A stretch of 36,351 nt of DNA from a virus. Taxonomy: Duplodnaviria; Caudoviricetes. The DNA is taken from positions 1 through 36,351 of the IMG/VR virus record IMGVR_UViG_3300005077_000059; one strand, 5' to 3'. Shown here one piece after another: positions 33,520 to 36,351 of this stretch. The notes under the pieces are model-generated. The model saw only the letters and a program-made list of their open reading frames with translations, was not told the DNA's origin and made no database searches. The translations under genes and the position numbers were made by a program. The first letter of the stretch is position 1. Each line of letters begins with the position of its first letter.

Positions 33520-34623
33520 CTACACCTCCTCCCACGCCAAGCTCATGTCGTAGCCGCCCGCGGAGCCGATGCCCCAGTTGGCGTTGAACGGCGTGTCCAG
33601 TGAGGACCCGCTGGCGTGCCAGTATCCGAAGAAGGGCAGCAGGCCGCCGAGGCCGAAGTCGATGCAGATCGGAACCGGGCCCGGGATGCTCGCGCCGAGA
33701 CCTTCCTGCGACGCCTGCCAGGCGGTCAGCAGCTTCTGCGTGGTCGTGGGGTTCTCGCGGTACCAGCTCGTCGTGCAGCGGAGCTTGAAGCCCTCAGGGC
33801 TCACGTTCATGCGCTGCATCGCGCCCACCATGCTCCGGCCGTCGCGCACCCCGGGGCTCTGCATGCCGAGGCTCGGCAGCGCCGCCATGCGCACGGGCGC
33901 CACGTCCACGAAGTAGACCACGCCGACGTCGTCGTACTGCAGGCCATCGGTCGCGTTGAGCATCAGCGAGAGCTCGGCGATCCCAACGTGCGACGTGCCG
34001 CTCGGGCTCTTGAGCCCGATGTGCAGCTGCACGTAGGCCGTGTTCGAGTCCATCGCCGCTGCGGTGTGGGCGACCTGCCGCCGCCACTGCTGCGTTCCGC
34101 CGAGCGCGGTCCACGTGCTCGCGAGGTTGAACTCGACCATCCCCAGGTATGCGAAGGCCGACGAGTAGCAGGCCAGCGCCGCGCGGACGTCGGTTCCCGG
34201 CGTGAGCGCCGCGGTGCCGCTGATCGTCGCCGCCAGCGTGATCGCCTTGAGGTAGTGCGACGGGTAGAGCGCGGAGAACGGCAGCATCTCGGAGTGTAGC
34301 GTCTGGCTCAGGAAAACGTGGTCGTCGAGGTCCACCGTCGTGCTGTTGCCCGCCGTCGCCATGTAGAGGTGCGACGCGCTGAGGAATCCCGCCGGGTTCC
34401 AGCGGCCGGTGACGCCGTAGCCATGGTTCGGGATCGCGCCGTTGTAGTACCAGCTGCGGAATCGCGCCTGGTTCCACGTCTTGCCGTCCGGCCCGACCAC
34501 GGTGCCGCTGAACTCCGCGGACGAGTAGTCGCGGAACTTCGGGTTGGGCAGCGGGATGCCGAGCGCGTAGCGCGGCGTGACGGAGGCGCTCAGCGGGAAT
34601 TGAAGTCCGGCCCATGCGTCCAT
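33520..34623 (-). CDS. Distal tail (Dit-like) protein, possibly with an inserted carbohydrate-binding module, 367 aa
   Basis: ATG at 34623 right after the tape measure stop; beta-rich; ends YDMSLAWEEV, typical of Dit C-termini. Confidence 0.55.
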   Translation of the reverse strand: MDAWAGLQFPLSASVTPRYALGIPLPNPKFRDYSSAEFSGTVVGPDGKTWNQARFRSWYYNGAIPNHGYGVTGRWNPAGFLSASHLYMATAGNSTTVDLDDHVFLSQTLHSEMLPFSALYPSHYLKAITLAATISGTAALTPGTDVRAALACYSSAFAYLGMVEFNLASTWTALGGTQQWRRQVAHTAAAMDSNTAYVQLHIGLKSPSGTSHVGIAELSLMLNATDGLQYDDVGVVYFVDVAPVRMAALPSLGMQSPGVRDGRSMVGAMQRMNVSPEGFKLRCTTSWYRENPTTTQKLLTAWQASQEGLGASIPGPVPICIDFGLGGLLPFFGYWHASGSSLDTPFNANWGIGSAGGYDMSLAWEEV

Positions 34624-34624
34624 G

Positions 34625-36351
34625 CTACGCCACCTCCTCGCCGGCCGGCACGACGTCGCCGGCGTCCAGTGCTTCCTGAATGTCGCCGGCCCAGGCCTCG
34701 CGCTCGGAGCCGTAGTAGACGTTGCCAAAGACGTTCTTGACGATCGAGATGCTCGTGGGCGCCGTGCGCACCACGTTCACGCTGCGCCCGCGCGGGCTTC
34801 CGCTCGCGCCGCTGACGTCCTCGGCGTTGCCCGGCAGTTCCTGCGCCGCTGGCTGCGTTGCCAGCGCGTTGAGGTTGTGGCCGATCACGCCGGCGCCCGT
34901 GCCCGCGAGCGCTGCGACGCCGAGTGCCTTGGCGGCGGCCACGAAGAAGCCGGACGCCTGCGCGAGCGTGAGGCCCTGCGCCATCGCCGCGATGCCCTTG
35001 TAGGTGTAGACCGCCGCGTCGATCGTGGCCTCCGCGGCGCGCGCAATGAGGATCGCCTGCACCTCGCGGCCGACCGCCTCGAGGACGGCCGGCACGGTCT
35101 TGACCCGCTGGTTGGCCATCGCGTAGTAGGCGCTCGACAGCGCGCGCGTGGCGGCCTCCTCGTACTTGATCCAGTCCACGCGCTGCTTCGTCTCGCGCAG
35201 GTGGAACTCGGTGAGCAACTGCTGCGCGACGATCCGCTCCTGAGCGGTCGTCTCCTCCGCGTCGAGGATCTGCAGCAGATACTCGCGCTCCGTGCCCTCG
35301 CCGTGGAAGTAGTAGTCCTCGGCTGCGTCCTTCAGCAGCCGGTAGTGGTCGGCGTGGCGCTTGGAGACCTCGGCCTGGTAGTCGCGCAGCTGGCGAAGCC
35401 ACGTCTCATAGGTCAGCCGGTTGCCATCGGTCATCTTGTCCTTGAACTGCAGCTTCATCAGCTCGAGGGCGAAGTAGTGATCGCGCTCCGCGCCCTGCTC
35501 GCGCCGGCGGCGCCGCGCCGCGAGCTCCGCGATCTTCGCATCCCAGGCCTGCTGCTCGGCCAGCGATCCGAAGCCAGGCCCGGGCTCCACGCCGGCGAAC
35601 GGGTTGGGCACGGCGTTCTGCTGAGGCCGGTTCCAGATCCCGCGGCCACCGCCGACTCCCGCGCCGATCTGCCCACCGGTCATGAAGAAGAGCAGCTGCC
35701 CGACGCCGCCCTGCTTGAGGTGGAGCTCCATCGTCTGGAACATGCCGTCCAGCAGCGTGGCCAGCGCGCGCGCCGGCGGCAGCACGGTGTCGCGCAGCGT
35801 GAGGCCGAAGCTATCCGCGTGCGTGTGCAGGCGCGCGAAGACCGCCGATTCACCCTCGCCGGCGTAGGCGCCGATCGCCTGCAGCTGGCGCTCGCCCTCG
35901 CGCAGTGCCTCGTTCACGAAGACCTGGCGCTTCTCGAGCTCGGTCATCTGCTTGACCGAGATCCCCTGGCTCTCCGCATAGCGCTTGTAGGCCTCGGACG
36001 CGTCGATCACGATGCCGAGCCCGGTGAGCGCCGCCTCGCTCTGGCGAGTCAGCGCCGCCGTGATCGCGTCGAGCACGTCCTCGGTTTCCTTGCCCGTGGC
36101 GGAGGCGATGCCGGTGGCGAGCTTGAACGCCCGCTCGATCTTCCGCGGCTCGAGGCCGTCGAGCATGGCCTGGTTGGCGGCGGCCAGGAGCGCCATCTCC
36201 TTCACCGTGCCGGCGGTCGCAACGCGCAGGTCGCCCATGAGCTCTGCGCCCTGCGCGCCGCCGCGGACGGCGAGGTTGTGGTAGGCCTGCTCGAGGTCGC
36301 GGACCTGGGCCGCCTGCTCGCCCCACTTCAGGAGCTTGTGCGCGGCCGCTA
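34625..36351 (-). CDS. Tape measure protein, C-terminal part (starts at 304 across the junction)
   Basis: Ala-rich helical protein; LTGLGIVID...YAESQGISVKQMTELEK motif typical of tape measures; frame open to the window end. Confidence 0.85.
   Translation of the reverse strand, partial: AAAHKLLKWGEQAAQVRDLEQAYHNLAVRGGAQGAELMGDLRVATAGTVKEMALLAAANQAMLDGLEPRKIERAFKLATGIASATGKETEDVLDAITAALTRQSEAALTGLGIVIDASEAYKRYAESQGISVKQMTELEKRQVFVNEALREGERQLQAIGAYAGEGESAVFARLHTHADSFGLTLRDTVLPPARALATLLDGMFQTMELHLKQGGVGQLLFFMTGGQIGAGVGGGRGIWNRPQQNAVPNPFAGVEPGPGFGSLAEQQAWDAKIAELAARRRRREQGAERDHYFALELMKLQFKDKMTDGNRLTYETWLRQLRDYQAEVSKRHADHYRLLKDAAEDYYFHGEGTEREYLLQILDAEETTAQERIVAQQLLTEFHLRETKQRVDWIKYEEAATRALSSAYYAMANQRVKTVPAVLEAVGREVQAILIARAAEATIDAAVYTYKGIAAMAQGLTLAQASGFFVAAAKALGVAALAGTGAGVIGHNLNALATQPAAQELPGNAEDVSGASGSPRGRSVNVVRTAPTSISIVKNVFGNVYYGSEREAWAGDIQEALDAGDVVPAGEEVA
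36253..36351. repeat. 99-bp direct terminal repeat, right copy
   Basis: Identical to 1-99. Confidence 0.97.

Noticed and set aside
30322-33603. 1093-aa plus-strand ORF
   Set aside because: Antisense shadow of the tail tip gene
1-36351. Very frequent CTCGAG/TCGA sites
   Set aside because: Explained by Leu-Glu (CTC GAG) codon pairs in GC-rich genes; enrichment cannot be claimed without a codon-aware count

Overview
The window is an apparently complete, circularly assembled, GC-rich (roughly 70% by eye) tailed-phage genome. Bases 1-99 are repeated exactly at 36253-36351, giving a unit length of about 36,252 bp, and the tape-measure gene reads through the junction. The minus strand carries an HTH protein, YqaJ exonuclease, RecT, a replication initiator with internal iterons, an SMC-like ATPase, SSB, small accessory genes and a ParB-like/DNA methyltransferase. 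These are followed by TerS, TerL, portal, minor head, scaffold, major capsid, neck proteins, tail tube, a frameshifted tail chaperone, tape measure, tail tip proteins and an M15 endolysin/holin cassette. A short divergent plus-strand operon encodes seven unknown proteins. I found no integrase, CI-type repressor, tail sheath, reverse transcriptase or CRISPR array. The most unusual features are: (1) an 876-aa gene at the tail-terminator position that fuses a terminator-like domain to a GH32/clan GH-J-like beta-propeller with all three catalytic motifs plus a levanase-type beta-sandwich; (2) a D-armless tRNA-like element in a structured spacer between recT and the initiator; (3) two further structured intergenic elements; (4) a recurring promoter design whose -35 box is built on the upstream TGA stop; (5) strong TAG-stop bias with in-frame gene chains in the late region. 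Protein calls come from motif recognition and gene order only; no searches were run.
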